NCBI RefSeq assembly: GCF_902713615.1
Contig: NC_052163.1
Span: 103,222,622-103,286,621 of the forward strand
Length of the DNA stretch: 64,000 nt
DNA from: Scyliorhinus canicula
Taxonomy: Eukaryota
Direction of reading: 5' to 3'
The notes under the pieces are model-generated. The model was not told where the DNA came from and did no database searches. It saw nothing but the letters and a program-made list of their open reading frames with translations. This document shows, one piece after another, positions 41,101 through 56,100 of this stretch. Every line of letters begins with the position of its first letter. Position 1 is the first letter of the stretch. Made by a program: the position numbers and the translations under genes.

Positions 41101-44100
41101 AGCATAAATGCTTCACAGCTCCAGGGTCCCAGGTTCGATTCCCGGCTGGGTCACTGTCTGTGCGGAGTCTGCACATTCTCCCCGTGTGTGCGTGGGTTTC
41201 CTCCGAGTGCTCCGGTTTCCTCCAACAGTCCAAAGATGTGCGGGTTAGGTGGATTGGCCAGGCTAAATTGCCCATAGTGTCCGAAAAAAATAAGGTTAAT
41301 GGGGGTTGTTGGGTTACTGGGATAGGTATACGTGGGCTTGAGTAGGGTGATCATTGCTCGGCACAACATCGAGGGCCGAAGGGCCTGTTCTGTGCTGTAC
41401 TGTTCTAATTCTAATTCAACCTAACATACCTCCCAACGATGCCAGCTCTACATCCACCTGTTGCTGCTTCCACATGCCTCGAGCTATTCAGCAATGGCAG
41501 GCATCTAAACCTTACACTACAATCACTAATAGTCTTCCTTCTCTCTTGCAGGGAAATGTGGCATCAAATGGAATGGAGTGGAGCAGAAATGGCAGGCAAG
41601 CCTTCATCCTCTGAGCTCTATAGATGGAATGTTACTCCACATCATGGGTTCGGCTGTGACAGTGCCCTCTGCATGAGCATTGAGGATGATACTCCATGTC
41701 TATTCTCAACGCCTACTGCACCTTCATTCTGCTAGCTGGCATGACGTGCAAGCAGCAGCTGGGTGTGACCATGAACCTCTTGTTTTCCACCTCCAGCCTT
41801 CCCTCACCCCAACCCCCTCATTCTGATTTCTCTGTTTTCAGCAACTCAAGCAACTACTGGCAATCCAAGCACAGGGGCTTCAAGAGGGAGAGGGAGATCA
41901 GCAACACATTACAGATCAAGAAACACCATCGCTTGATCTGATGCTCGCAGTCATCAGCTCATGTACTGACAATACTTGAATTTTGCAGGCTAGTACAGAG
42001 TTAGGGTCAGCACATGATGAATCACTGGGCACTACGGGGTTTCAGCCAAGTCAAGGGGAAGGTAGCTTGTTTGCCAGTTTACCGTTGACCACGGATGAGT
42101 TCTGCTACTGGAGACGCAGATGAAGACTTTGATGGAAAAGCATACAGGGGAATGCTGATGAGGTTGCACACCAAAATGCGTGGTGCATTAACAGGTATGC
42201 TTCCTTGCAGAGTCAAGGAGCTTAAGGAGTTTAGCTTCAACTTGACACAGGAAATTGTGCAGAGCTGGAGCCACCTATTCTTCCTAGTGCTGCCAGCTCC
42301 TTAACAGCATTCGTATACCCAGCATTGGGTAACGCAATACTACCATTGCATTACAGACAGAAGCCACCCAATGTCATGGCGTTGCAGTGGAAACGCAGAA
42401 CGTGAGGCCCATGCTTGCTGCAATGCAGGTTAAGAATGTATCCATCATAACTGTCGATCCCACTGCTGAATAGGGAATGCAGGTTCTCACGGCAGTCCAG
42501 CAATTTGCCCTCCAACAGACTAGGATTGTTGCGATACCACCCTGAGGGAGTGGTAGTGACTCTATGGTGCACAAACCTGTTGTCCTGTCTCAGGATGATA
42601 TTATTCATGCACCCTTTGTAGTGAGCATCCTGTCAGCCCAAACAGCTGCTGCTCATCTTGAGGTGGTGCAGTCCATAATTGGGGCTTCAAGGCCAGACTA
42701 CATGCAGTTGTCCTTCAAGACCATCTACAATCTCTTCCAGAGAAATATAGTAGCGTTTGCACCAGCCATGCATGACCTTGCCTCCTTCTCCTTCCAGGTG
42801 ACAATGCCATGCTCCGATGATAATTAGTTTGTTGAGGTTACAGCAGACCATGACAAACCTAAAGGCACATTGGTGTGCACAGAAGGGGTCCCATGCAGTG
42901 CAAACATTGCTTTGTAATGCCAATGGTCTGCTCCACAATCTTCCTGGTGACACCAAGGCTGTTGACTTTGAGTGGTCAAGTGGCAGAGTGAATTCTTCAG
43001 TTAAGTGTAAAGCTGGCTCCAAGAAGCTGCCCTGTTCAAGATCAAAGACAGTAGCAATGTCAGCATGTTTCGGAATGAAGGCTATTGTCAGGATAGCGGG
43101 CATTTAGCGACATAGCCTGCGCAAGGCTACATGTCAGCTGCACAATGCTACAATGGCTGCCCTTGTGGTTCCTGTCCTTTTCCCTGTTGGCAATGGTGAA
43201 CTACAGAGCTATGTGCATGCAGTTGATGGGTTCCTGTGCAACTAGGAATCCTGCTACTGTGGCAATGCTATGTGCCCTCTCATCCAACTTCTTTCTGCCT
43301 AGAACACAATGTAATAACTTCTCTTGACATATATGATCTCCATCACCTCTAGGATGAAGCAATGGATGATATAATGGGAGAAGTTGGATATGTCACCTGG
43401 AATGACATCGAAGTTTAATGTGACTGTGACCTTTACAGTCACAGGCAGCTCCATCCCTACTCTGGTATGATGATCCAGCTCATGTCAAAGGGAATGGCAA
43501 AGTTCAGCGGCCACAACTTGTTGAATCTTAGGTGCTTCAAGTGCTTCATGCTGCTGGATGAGGTGGATGTTTGAGAAGTGCTCTGTGAAATTTCTTGGTC
43601 TGTAGGCCTCCATGAAGTGCACCTCCTTTCTCTTTGCAGAGATCTCCCTCTTTTTAGCCTCTGCTTCATTTCATGGTTATGTTGCATACCCCGAGACACT
43701 GCTGCTACAGCCCCTACCCCTGGCAGAGTTGGGTAGCCAAGTCCTCTGCCATCCCGGATTGGATGCAGTGGCTCATCAACAGACCTCCAAATACAAACCA
43801 CAATCAAACACACCTCACCTGCACATTAGACAGCTGCCTCTTTCAATAGTGCAAGTGGGAGATTGCTCATGCAACTGGCCATATAAGCACAAGCATTCAG
43901 TGGACATGAGTAATCGAAGTTTAAAAGATTTGACTCATCCAGAATAGCTAACCTTGTGACATTGCCAGCGAGAGGCGGGAAAAATCAGGAAACACGATCA
44001 ATCTGGAGAGAACTGTGTTTCCCGATTCTCACTGGATTTTCTACCCATGTTGCCATTCTCTCTGATGGCGCTCCTCAGAATGAACATTTCCCCCAATAGG

Positions 44101-47100
44101 TCTGATAGCCCTCAAGGTAACCTGAAATCTTTTTCAATGGGTAATTATTCAAAGGGTGGGATTTTCTGGCCCGTTTCCCACCAATGGACCGCCCGGACCT
44201 GCCAAATGGTGGGTTCCCTGGTGGTGGCTGGGTGGGTGAGCCACACAAAAAACCCACCGCCTTTGGAGGGGGTGCAAGATCCTGGCAACGGCCCATGGCT
44301 CGCTACATCCGCTGTGGGAAAACCCGCCACAGGGATGCTGGGAAATCCCAGCCAAAAGTTCTCGAAATCATGATAAAATCTTTATCAAACCTATAGCACA
44401 TAACATGCTTAAATTTTCAACAATGTACTGCAGAAGTAATTTCTTCCCATCGATTCAATAAAAAGAACGTACTCACCGATCATTGGTTCTGTTTTATGGT
44501 AATCTGAAAATAAAAGATGATACTGTTAATGCAAAATAACCCAAATCAATACTTGATCAAAAAGTGCAAAAATAATGTCATCTGTGGATAGAGCATAACA
44601 TTTCCTGAGAGACATGGGGGGATTGATTTGTTTCAAATGATTAAAGATTCTCAATTATTCTAAAGTGTAAATAGTTGATAACCAGTATTTGCATCCTTTC
44701 CATATTGAACTGAAATTTATTTATGCTTCCTGATTGGGAGGCAATTGCAAACGGAATGGGGTCAGCAGGGTGATTGCAGTAGAATGCAGCATTAATATAG
44801 TGTTAAAGTTGAGAATTTGGTTAAAATGGAAATTTGATGCAGAGGAAGGAGGAAGTGTTGCTTTTTATTCTTTTTTTACATCGAGCAGTTGACAAATATT
44901 TTTTTAAAATCCTTTCCACTTATTTCTGTTAAATTAGTTCAGTCAAGTGGCATGGCAGGACACCACGCTCCTGTAGCATGTGCATCTGGTCCTATGGGGA
45001 CTCCAGGGCAAACCTACCAGACATACAGGAAGCCTCTTCATCTGGAGTAGATGAAATTCTGTGTTTTGGAGCTTCAGTATTGCTGCAGCATCGATGAGAC
45101 CAAATGCTGCATGCTTAGAAGTTTTTTTTTGGAGGTGGTCACCTCACAGCTTAAGTGTGTATGTGCAGGCAGAACGGAAATGGGTTACCACAGCCAGTCA
45201 AGGTGAGCCGCACAGGTAGGCCAGGAATCCCCTGCATGTGTCTCGCTCTCCAGCCAGCATTCAGGTCTGGATAATGGTTTATCATCATGGTTCCTCTGGA
45301 GACTGCAACCTGTGCTGTCCCCACTCAGGACAGAGGAGGGAATCTATGCGTGGAGCCAGAGGAATTGGGCGAGGTACTAAATAGTACTTTGCATAAGTAT
45401 TCACCAAACAGAAGGAGTTGATGGACGATGAGTCTAGGTAAGGGTGTGTAGATATTCTGGATCATATAGATATCAAAAAGGAGATGTTGGGCATCTTAAA
45501 AAGCATTAAGGTAGATAACCCCCAGGGCCTGATGGGATCTACCCCAGAATACTGAGGGCGGCAAGGGAGGAAATTGCTGGGGCCTTGACAGAAATCTTTC
45601 TTTCCTCATTGGTTACAGGTGAGGTTCCAGAGGACTGGAGAATAGCCAATAATGTTACTTTGTTTAAGAAGGGGAATAAAGATAATTCAGGAAATTATAG
45701 GCCAGTCAGCCTTACTTCAGTGGTGGGGACATTATTGGAAACAATTCTTAGAGTCAGGATTTAATCACATTTGGAAACAAATGGAATTATTAGTGAAAGG
45801 CAGCATGGTTTTGTGAACTGGAGGTTGTGTCTCACTAACTTGATCGAGTTTTGACAAAGATGATTGATGAAAGAAGGGCAGTGGATGTTGTCTACATGGA
45901 CTCCTGTAAAACCTTTGACAAGGTCTCTCATGGCAGACTGGTACAAATGGTGAAGTCACACAGAATCCGAGATGAGTTGACAAGATGGACACAGAACTGG
46001 CCCGATCATAGAAGACAGAGGTTAGCGGTGGAAGAGTGCTTTTCCGAATGGAAGGCTGTGACTACTGGTGTTCTGCAGGATCATTGCTGGGATTTTTGTT
46101 GCTCAAAGTATATATAAATAATTTGGAGAAAAATGTAAGTGGTCTGAATAGTAAGTTTGTGGACGACACAAAGATTGGAGGCGTTGCGGATAGTGATGAG
46201 GAATGCCAGCAGGATATAGATCGGTTGGAGACTTGGGCAGAGAAATGGTAGGTGGAGTTTAAAGTGACAAATGTGAAGTAATGCATTTTAGAAGGTCTAA
46301 TACAGGTGGGAAGTATAGAGTAAATGGCAGAACCCCGAGGATCATTGACAAGCAGAGAGATCTGGGCCACAGATCACTGAAAGTGGCAACACAGGTGGAT
46401 AAGGCTGTCAAGAAGGCATACAGCATGCTTGCCTTCATTGGTCAGGGCATTGAGTATAAAAATTGGGAAATCATGCTGCAGCTGTACAGAACATTAGTTA
46501 TGCCACATTTGGAATATTGCGTACAATTCTGGTTGCCATACTATCTGAAGGATGTGGATGCTTTAGAGAGAGTACAGAAGAGGTTTACCAGGATGTTGTC
46601 TGGTCTGAAGGGTATTAACTATGAGGAGAGGTTGGATAAACTCATATTTATTTCACTGGAACAACAGAGGTGATGGGGTGACCCGATAGAGATTTACAAA
46701 ATTATGAGTGGCATGAACAGAGTGGATAGTCAGATGTTTTTTCCAGGGTGGAAAAGTCAATTACTGGGGGACAAAGGTTAAAGGTGCAAGGGGAAAAGTT
46801 TAGAGGAGATGAGCAAGTCGGGTTTTATACACAGAGGATGGTGCTCCAGGAACTTGCTGCTGGGGGATTGATTGATTGATATTTATTGTCACATGTACCG
46901 AAGTACAGTGAAAAATATTTTTCTGCAGCCAAGGGAATGTACACAGTACGTCCATAGTAGACAAAAGAATAATCGACAGAGTACATTGACAAATTTGGTA
47001 TTCCTGACCTCGGGCAGGAATTTCCAGTCCCGGAGTAGGCGGGACTGGAAAACACCACACTAGGACTTGGAATGCACTGCCTTAAAGAATGGTGGAGTCA

Positions 47101-50100
47101 TATTCAATTGTGGCTTTCGATTGGAAATTAGTTAAATAACTGAAGGGAAAGAATTGGAAATCCTAAATCGGGGATGAGGTTGAGTTGGATTAGCTAAACT
47201 GCCCTTGCCGAAAGATGGCATGGATTTACGAAGCCAAATAGTCTATTCTGTAACCATTCCATGTTTCAGGTGCAGCATTCAAATCATGAATATAAAAATA
47301 GGAGGAACTGGTCTCGAACTCTACTTGTGGATAAAAAGCCAGCAGAACATAAGATTTAAGTAATAAAAATGGAAAATGCTGATCAAGCTCAGCTGGCCTG
47401 GGAGCATCTGTTGAGAGAGAAGCAGTTAACATTTTGGGCCTATGTGACTCTTCTTCAGACTCTTCTTCCAGAAGATTTAAGTTAGCTACCTGATTTTCCA
47501 ATTGCGCAATACAAGTGACAGAAGATCCCGTTTTATCCAGAACTGTGCTATAGTTTAAAACATTGATTATGGGCTTAGATGTACTTCTTACCTCTGACAA
47601 TAATTTAGGTGCACCATGTGAGAGTGACTCTGTTATAGGAAAATTTCAGATTGACAAACGCCTTAATTGGCTAAGAGGCATTGCAGGCCAAGGTAATCCT
47701 TTGCATTCAACATGAACAAAGTACTCTGACCAAAATCTAAACACGCAATTGACACTAGGAGTTACTCAAAATGACAATTAGATGAGTACCATTTACATAA
47801 AGACTGTTGTTGGCCAATCTGTATGGTCCCAAGTTAGAAATGTCTTTGGTTTTGTTTTCAAATACATCATACATAAATACTCTGTCGACCGCCGGAATGG
47901 TAGAATAATTTTTGAATGAACAGATTGCTGTCACTGTGTAGCTGTCACCATTTACCACACTGCAGAAAAACAAAATCAATTTTAATACTAGCAGCAAATT
48001 CTTTGACACAGCATAGTTATTATGATCACTAAAACAACAGTGATTACATTATTTCCACCTGAAAATAAAAAGTAACAATGATTACATTATTGGTGGCCAA
48101 ATTTAAGATCCCCATGCTGGAAATATTTCTATGTAAAATATTTATTTATGGGTGATCTTCTTTGAGCATTCCAGATAGGTGTGCATTTTACAGTAAGTCT
48201 CTTATTATAAGTGTCGAAAAAAGATTAGGTTGGGTTACAGAGATAGGGTGGCAGTGTGGGGATAGGGTGGAGGTATGGGCTTAGGTAGGGTGCCCTTTCC
48301 AAGGGTCGGTGCAAACTCAATGGGCCGAATGGCCTCCTTCTGCACTGTAAATTCTACAATTCCATGATTCTATGACACTCCGTTTCAAATAGATAAAGAT
48401 ATTACTACTAAAGATAATCTTTCTTACCTGAGACTCTTTACCAAACAACGTGAGAATGTTGCTTTTATGCTGCTACCTTTAAACAGGTCATTTAGCTGCA
48501 AGGAAATAACAAACATGACTTAGATGGAGAAACATGAGAAATGATCAATAACATAGTGCCTACATTTTTCCTATCCTTATCTCTCACCTCCTTTCCAATT
48601 TTCATTGTTTGGAAAAAGGAGTTTAATTGAATTTCTTGGAATCGTGGACTGGTAATAATGAATGTCACATTGTAGTCAATAGGAGTCCCTTTCCTGCGTG
48701 GAGTCGGAGTTACAGTGAGTGCTGGGATCGCAGCTGTGGAAAGAGAGAAAATTCGGATTCAGGAAGTATAAAAGGAGAACAAAATGAAATATAAATTTCC
48801 AAGTCTTGAAACATTAGTCAGCTTACTAAGTGGAAAGGGGAAATCCCAAACTGAATTAATTTTAATTGTTTTCTATGTTATTTTGGACAACGTACTCACT
48901 CATGCTCCTTTAATATTCCAGAAACATAGGTCAACCACTTACTCCCAGTGGTTGCAAGAGATGCTTCATGGTAATATATTTTTTAAAATCAAACTTCATT
49001 ACCAAGCAGCATTAAACCCATGATAACATGAAGAAACTATTAATGTAATGCAAGTTGAGCATTCCTAATGCAAAATTGCGAAAAACGAAAAATTCCGAAT
49101 TCCGCATTTTTTCTCCAAGTACCGATATGACATCACATGACCCCGGGCGATGCGCAGTTCCCAACGGGACCGTACTTGTGCAGTTCCCAACGCATGCCAC
49201 ACATTCACAGTTCCCAAGCATCGCAGAAGCGGATTACATTCCAAAATCCGAAAAAATCCACAAACCGATACACACTCGGCCCCAAGCATTTCGGATAAGG
49301 GATGCTGAATCTGTATTCAACATATGTCAACATAGCAATAACCAAAAGCTAATATAACTTCATAGGTTTGCATGAATAGGCAAATTTGCACTGACAAATT
49401 GAACAGAAACCATACTTACTGCTTACATGAGGTGATTCATGGAAATCTGGAAATATAAAAAGATTATGCTGTGACAGGAAATAATCACAATTTCGCTCTC
49501 TACCCAAATATTAAATAACAGGTTTAAATGATTAAATGAAAATATTCCAACAAATTCCAAATCTCCCAGGACAGTAATATCAGCAAATAAAAGTGCACTG
49601 TCCAATGTCGCTCTCAAAATCTCTGACAAAGTAACAACCGAGATAAGGAATTGCATAACTGAAAATATTACATGAGCTGCTCGTGCTGCTTTGTATTCTG
49701 TGTTAGAAATATTCCTATGGTAGCATGTATACCATACAAAGAGCTACACTAAATAACAATTCAATAATTACCATTTAAATAAAGGCTGTCGTTGTCCAAT
49801 GTATATGGCCCCAAGTTAGAAATGTCATTGGTATTGTTTTCAAATACATGATACACAAGAACTCGGTCAACCTGCTGAATGGTAGATTCATTTTTGAAGG
49901 AACATACTGCTGTCACTGTGCTGCTGTTAGTGTTTACCATGCTGGAAATCATCACAAGAAGTTTGATATTAAAAGCAAATTCATGATCACAATATAGTCA
50001 TCACGATCACTAAGACAAGACTGATTACATCACTGAATGACAAAACCTTTTTCTCAGAAAAAACAATGAATAGTGCAATGGTTATTTATCTCTAGCTAAA

Positions 50101-53100
50101 TTTGTTATAGAAGAGTGCAGAAGGAGGCCATTCGGCCTATCGAGTCTGCACCGACCCACTTAAGCCCTCACATCTACCCTATCACCATAACCCAATAACC
50201 CCTCCTAATCTTATTGGACACCAACGGCAATTTATCATGGCCAATCCACCTAACCCGCGCATCTTTGGACAGTGGGAGGAAACCAGAGCACCGGACAAAA
50301 CCCACGCAGACACGGGGAGAACATGCAGACACAGCACAGACAGTGACCCAGCGGGGCATCGAACCTGGGAACCTGGCACTGTGAAGCCACAGTGCTATCC
50401 ACTTGTGCTACCGTGCTGCCCAAAGTTATTGGAGATAACAATTGAACATTGAATTCAACGTTCTCAAAATATTACAAAAATACAGGAAAGATTTAAATAT
50501 TTAGAATGAACGGCTAAAATTCCGACCTGCTTGAATGAAATATGCAACTTGAGAATGTAGCATTGATGCTGCTCTTCTGAAACAGGTCATTGAGCTATTA
50601 GGAAACAACAAACATTGCATGAGATGAAGAACAATACAAATAATGAAGTAAGATTCTTCTTTTTAAAATATTTGTTTGACTAACTCACTTCATTTGCAAT
50701 CATGCGTGTATGATTGGAAGAGTTTGATACAATTTCTTGGAATGCTGGGCTGTTTATAATGAATGTCACATTATAGTCAGTAAGATTGGGTTCCTCAGTA
50801 GGTGTCGGTGTTAAAGTTACAACTGACATCGGAGCTGTTAAAAGAAAAGAAAAACAAATTATTCCACCAGAAGTATGAATCAGAGAAAATTTAGAAACAA
50901 AAATTACACCCTCCTGAAATGTTAACCAACTTAACCAGCAGCACTGGGAGATCTAAATGTAAACGGATTGTAACAATGACTGATTTTTCAAGCCCCTTCT
51001 GCACCTTGAATTGCCAACACACATGTCAATTCTTCTTGAAACATTTAATTGAACTGAAATTATCCAACTGGTGCTTAAATTATTGAAAGTTGCAACCTGG
51101 TCACTTGCATCTTGTTTTCTCATTTGTGCATTATCGGTATTAAGACAAGAATAACCTAACATAACTACCAGTGAAATGTTCTACAAATCATAACAGAAGC
51201 TTTACCAAAATCTCATCAAATCAGAATACGTTTGCTTGAGTAGAAAAACGTTTGTAGCTAATTGAAAAAAGGCTATAACTCACTGGTTGTCCTGCTTGAT
51301 TCATGGTAATCTGGAGAACAATGAATATTCAGCTGTCATTGCTTTATCAAAATGTAACACTCTCCATAAATATACAATCATTGAATTCACACATTTAAAT
51401 GAAAAAAATCTGATCGATGTCAATCTCTGAGGAAATCTTTTTGAATGATGGGGGAGCTATCAGGATCTCAGTAACATTCAGTTAAAATTACTGCAAAATA
51501 TTTTTTAAAGTAGTCAGCAAATACAGAATTGTGTCCATTACAGAGAACACATCAGTTATATTGTCAGTGTTGACATCAATGGACAGATCACAGATTGAAC
51601 TAGAGCAGATTGAGTTCACAAATCAATCACATATGTGTCCTCCTTTGTGTTGATTGATTTATTGAGTGAGACAATTCGAGTCACTTTTGACAAAGTTCAT
51701 CAAACTTCAAAAATTGGCTGAAAAATTCTGAATCTTCCCAGTTTGCAACAGATATTTTAATGCAATGCAAATACGTTTAATCTACTGCTATTGTAATGCA
51801 CAATTAACATAATTCATAGATTATTGCCACAATTGCCGTAGAAGGCTTTGGAGGCCAGGTCGCTGAGTGTCTTTAAATCACATATTGATGGGTTCATGAT
51901 TAATAAGGGGATTAGAAGTTATGGGGAGAAGGCAGGAATGGGGATCAGAAACATCATCCATGATTGAATGGTGGAGCAAACTTCCTGGGCTGAATGGCCT
52001 AATTCTGCTCCTATGTCTCATGGTCTTTGTCTTGTTATGCTCTTGGCGTAGCATAAGCTGCTTCCTTGATGTTCACTCTGACAAAGGAAGGTTCAGACGT
52101 GGAGATAACTTCAACACACTTATTAAACTATTTACAATTCTCCTACTCAGATTTGCCTCTACTGTTAATTCTTTTATAGCTACTCAGACTAATGAACCAG
52201 TCTGCTACAATCCACATGGTGGGGTGATGTTGAATCAACCCTGTGTCTGTACTCACTGAGTGTATCCACTGGAAAGAGGAAGATCATGTGTGCTGTGTCC
52301 TTTATATATGGGTTGGTGTAATGCCCCCCTGTAGTAGTGTCACCTCTGTGTGTATCGTGAATGCCCATTGGTCGTCTCCTATCTTCCTGACCTTTTGGTT
52401 GAGTGTCTGTGTGTCATGTCTCTGATGCTCCCTCTAGTGTCTAGCTAGTCTACATGTACTTACATTAGCCCATTGTGTATCTACAGTGATGCATATCACC
52501 ACAGTCATATCATCTAATTCATTGCCTGTAAGAATCTCATTGCATGCTCAGAGTAGTATGTGGTAGTCTGTGTTTCCCAGGATCTGCTATATCAGCAGAA
52601 ATTGCCCGTGTCGAGGTCTCCATTTGTCAGACAAACTTTTGAGGAGGTAAACTGCATCACTGCCTTTGTTCCCATCATTGCGAGTGGTGCCTTTTATTCT
52701 GTTAGACATGTTTCTATACACTGAGCCAATTTTAGTGTATGTAGCATACAGAGAGGTGCACAAAATGACGATTGAATAATTACCATTTACATAGAGGCTG
52801 TCATCATCTAATATATATGGACCCAAGTTCGAAATGTCCCTGGTCTTGTTTTCAAAAACATGATACACCAGAACTCTGCCAATTTCCGGAATGGTCGAAT
52901 AGTTTTTGAAGGAACATATTGCTGTCACTGTGGTGCTGTTGGTGTTTACCATACTGCAAAGGATCAGAATAAATTTATTATAAAGGCATATGCATTGACG
53001 CAATATAGTTATTAAGATCACTCAGATGAGACTGATTACATAATTGATGGACAAATCGACGAGGTGTGTTATTTGCAACAAAATAATGCTTTGTGCAATG

Positions 53101-56100
53101 AAGATTTCTCTGCAGCTTCAGGTCATTGTTGCAGATATAGGTTTAGTATCCTATATATGTTTGAATTGTATGTTGAATTCAATATTCTGAACAGAATTAA
53201 CCAAGTAGAAGAAACTGTAAATATTGAGTATGAATGGCAAAATTTCTCACCTGAACGAATGAAATATGCAACTTGAGAAGGTAACATTTATGCTGCTCTT
53301 CTTAAACAGGTCATTGAGCTATTAGGAAAAAGAAACATTGCTTCAGCTGAAGAACAAACGAAATAATGAAATAAGATTCTCCTTTTAATATATTTGTACA
53401 ACTACCTCACCTCATTTGTAATCAGGCTCGTATGATTCAAAATGATTGATTGAAATTCTGGGAATGCTGGCATGATTACAATGAATGTCACGTTATAGTT
53501 AGTAAGGTTAGGTTCCTCGGTAGGTGTCTGCGTTGTAGTTACAACTGGCATAAGAGCTGCAAAAAGAGTGAAAAGACAAGTTATTCCACTGAAAATTAAC
53601 ATTAGAGAAAGTTTTGAAACAACAATTTTGCTCTCCTGAAATGTTAACCAACTCAAACAGGAACATTGGGAGATCCAACTATAAACCCAAATGTGAACGG
53701 ATTGTAACAATTAATGATCGTTTAAACCCTTCTGCACCTTGAGCTGCCAGCAAAGAGGTCAATAGTTCTTGAAACATCTAATACAACTGAAATTATCCAA
53801 CTGTTGCTTAAATTGTTGAGAGTTGCAAACTGTTCACTTACATCAACAACAGATTTTTCCCCCTATGTATGCATTATCAGTGTCAAGACAAATATAGCCG
53901 AATATAGGTTCAGGGGCTGTTTAGCTCACTGGGCTAAATCACTGGCTTTGAATGCAGACTAAGGCAAGCCAGCAGCACGGTTCGCTTCCCATAACAGCCT
54001 CCCCGAACAGATGCCGGAATGTGGTGACTAGGGACTTTTCACAGTAACTTCATTTGAAGCCTACTCGTGACAATAAGCGATTTTCATTTCATTTCAAATC
54101 AGAATAAGTTTGCTTTGAGTAGATAACTGTTTGTAGCTAATTAGAAAAAAGCTATAACTCACTGGTTGTCCTGCTTGATTCATGGTAATCTGGAGAACAA
54201 AGAAGATTGAGCTGTCACAGATTATCACAATTAAACTCTCTCCATCAATATACAATCATTGAAGTCAACCATTGAAATGAAAAAAATCTGATCTATGTCA
54301 AATCTGCAGAGAAAGTATCCTGTATCATGGGGGAGCTATCAGGATCATAGTAACATTCAGTTAAAATTGCTGCAAATATTTTGAAAAAGTAGATAGCTAA
54401 TGAAGAATTGTGTCCATTGCAGAGAACACATTAGTTATCGTTTCAGTCTTGACATCAATGGACAGATCACAAACTGAACTAGAGCAGACTGAGAAGTTCA
54501 CAAATCAATCACATACGTGTCCTCCTTTTTGTTGATTGATTTATTGAGTGAGACAATTCGAGTCACTTTTGAGAGTTCATCAAAATTCTAAAATTGGCTA
54601 AACAATTCTGAATCTTGCCACCTTGCAACAGATTGTTCAATCCAGTGTAAATGCATTCATTCTGCTGCTATTTTAAGGAACAATTAACACAATTCAGAAT
54701 TGTTGCCAAAATTGCCGCAAGAGGCTGTGGGGACCAAGTTACTGAGTGTCTTTAGGATAAGATGGGTTCATAATTAATAAGGCGATCAGAGGTATATGAG
54801 GAGAAAGCAGGAGAATTGGGATGAGAAACATCAGCCATGATTCAATGGCAGAGCAGACTTTCTGGGCCGAATGGCGTAATTCCGCTCCTATGTCACATGG
54901 TCTGATCATCTAATTGAATGCCTGTAAGAATCTCATTGCTTGCTCCGAGACGTATGTGGTACTGTATGTTTCCAAGGACCTGCGATATCAGCAAAACCTA
55001 CGCGTGGCAAGGACTCAGTATCTTTGACACACAAACTGTTGAGCAGATGAAATGCATCATTGATATGGTCACAGCATTGCAAATGGTGTTTTTCATTCCA
55101 TTAGATATGTTTTTATCCACTGAGCAAATGTTAGTGTGTGTCGCATGAGGAGGGATGCAGTAAATGAGATTGGATAGTTACCATTTACATAGAGGCTGTC
55201 GCCGTCAAATGCATATGGCCCCAAGTTAGAAATGCCTGCAGTCCTGTTTTCAAACACTTGATACACAAGAACTCTGTCAACTTCCAGAATGGTAGAATCG
55301 TTTTGAAGGAACATACTGCTGTCACTGTGCTGCTGTTGGTGTTTACCATGCTGCAAAGGATCAGAAAAAAATGATATTAAGGTCAAATACATTGATGCAA
55401 CATTGTTATTAAGATCACTCAGACGAGACTGATAGCATCGTTGGTAGACAAACCGAAAACTTGTATGATCTGCAGCAAAACAATGCTTTGTGCAATGAAG
55501 ATTTCTCTGCAGTCTCAGTTCGTGACTGGAGAAATTTCTTGAGCACTCCAAATATTTGTGAATTTTCTGTTGAATTCAATATCCTAAACTGAATTACGCC
55601 AGTAGAAAAAGCTGTTAATATTTAGTATGTATAGCAAAATTTCTCACCTGAATGAATGAAATATGCAACTTGAGAATGTAACGTTTATGCTGCTCTTCAT
55701 AAACAGGTCATTGAGCTATGAGGCAAACAGAAACATTGCTTTAGTTGAAGAACAAAATGAATAACAAAGTAAAATTCTCCTTTTTAAAATATTTGTGTAA
55801 CTTTCTCACCTCATTTGCAATCATGCTCGAATGATTGGAAGAGTTTGATTGTATTTCTGGGAATGCTGGCCTGTTTACAATGAATGTCACATTATAGAAA
55901 GTAAGGTTTGGTTCCTCAGTAGGTGTTTGTGTTAGAGTTACAATTGGCATTGGAGCTGCGAAAAGAGTCAAACAATAAATTATTCCTCCAAAAGTATGAA
56001 TCGGAAAAAATTTTGAAACAAGAATTTCACCTCCTGAAAAGTGAATCAACATAACCAGCAGCACTGGGAGATCTAAATGTAAACAGATAGTAACAATGAC

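Larger units (their letters stand above)
39537..44094. mobile_element. Decayed autonomous PIF/Harbinger transposon: Myb/SANT-like gene on +, DDE transposase on - (convergent)
   Basis: Plus strand ~39825: PRFTDMALEALVMEIGRQR (Myb-like N-terminus). Minus strand 42830-43450: LPVTVKVTVTLNF, AGFLVAQEPINCMHIAL and FVMVCCNLN, resembling HARBI1-family LPVAVKVTxALNF, GFPxVxGAIDCTHVAI and IIVACCVLHN. Ends approximate. Confidence 0.7.

Noticed and set aside
39820-43450. Host genes HARBI1 or NAIF1/MSANTD
   Set aside because: The motifs are interrupted by stops, frameshifts and nested TEs and lie within an intron, which fits a decayed transposon.
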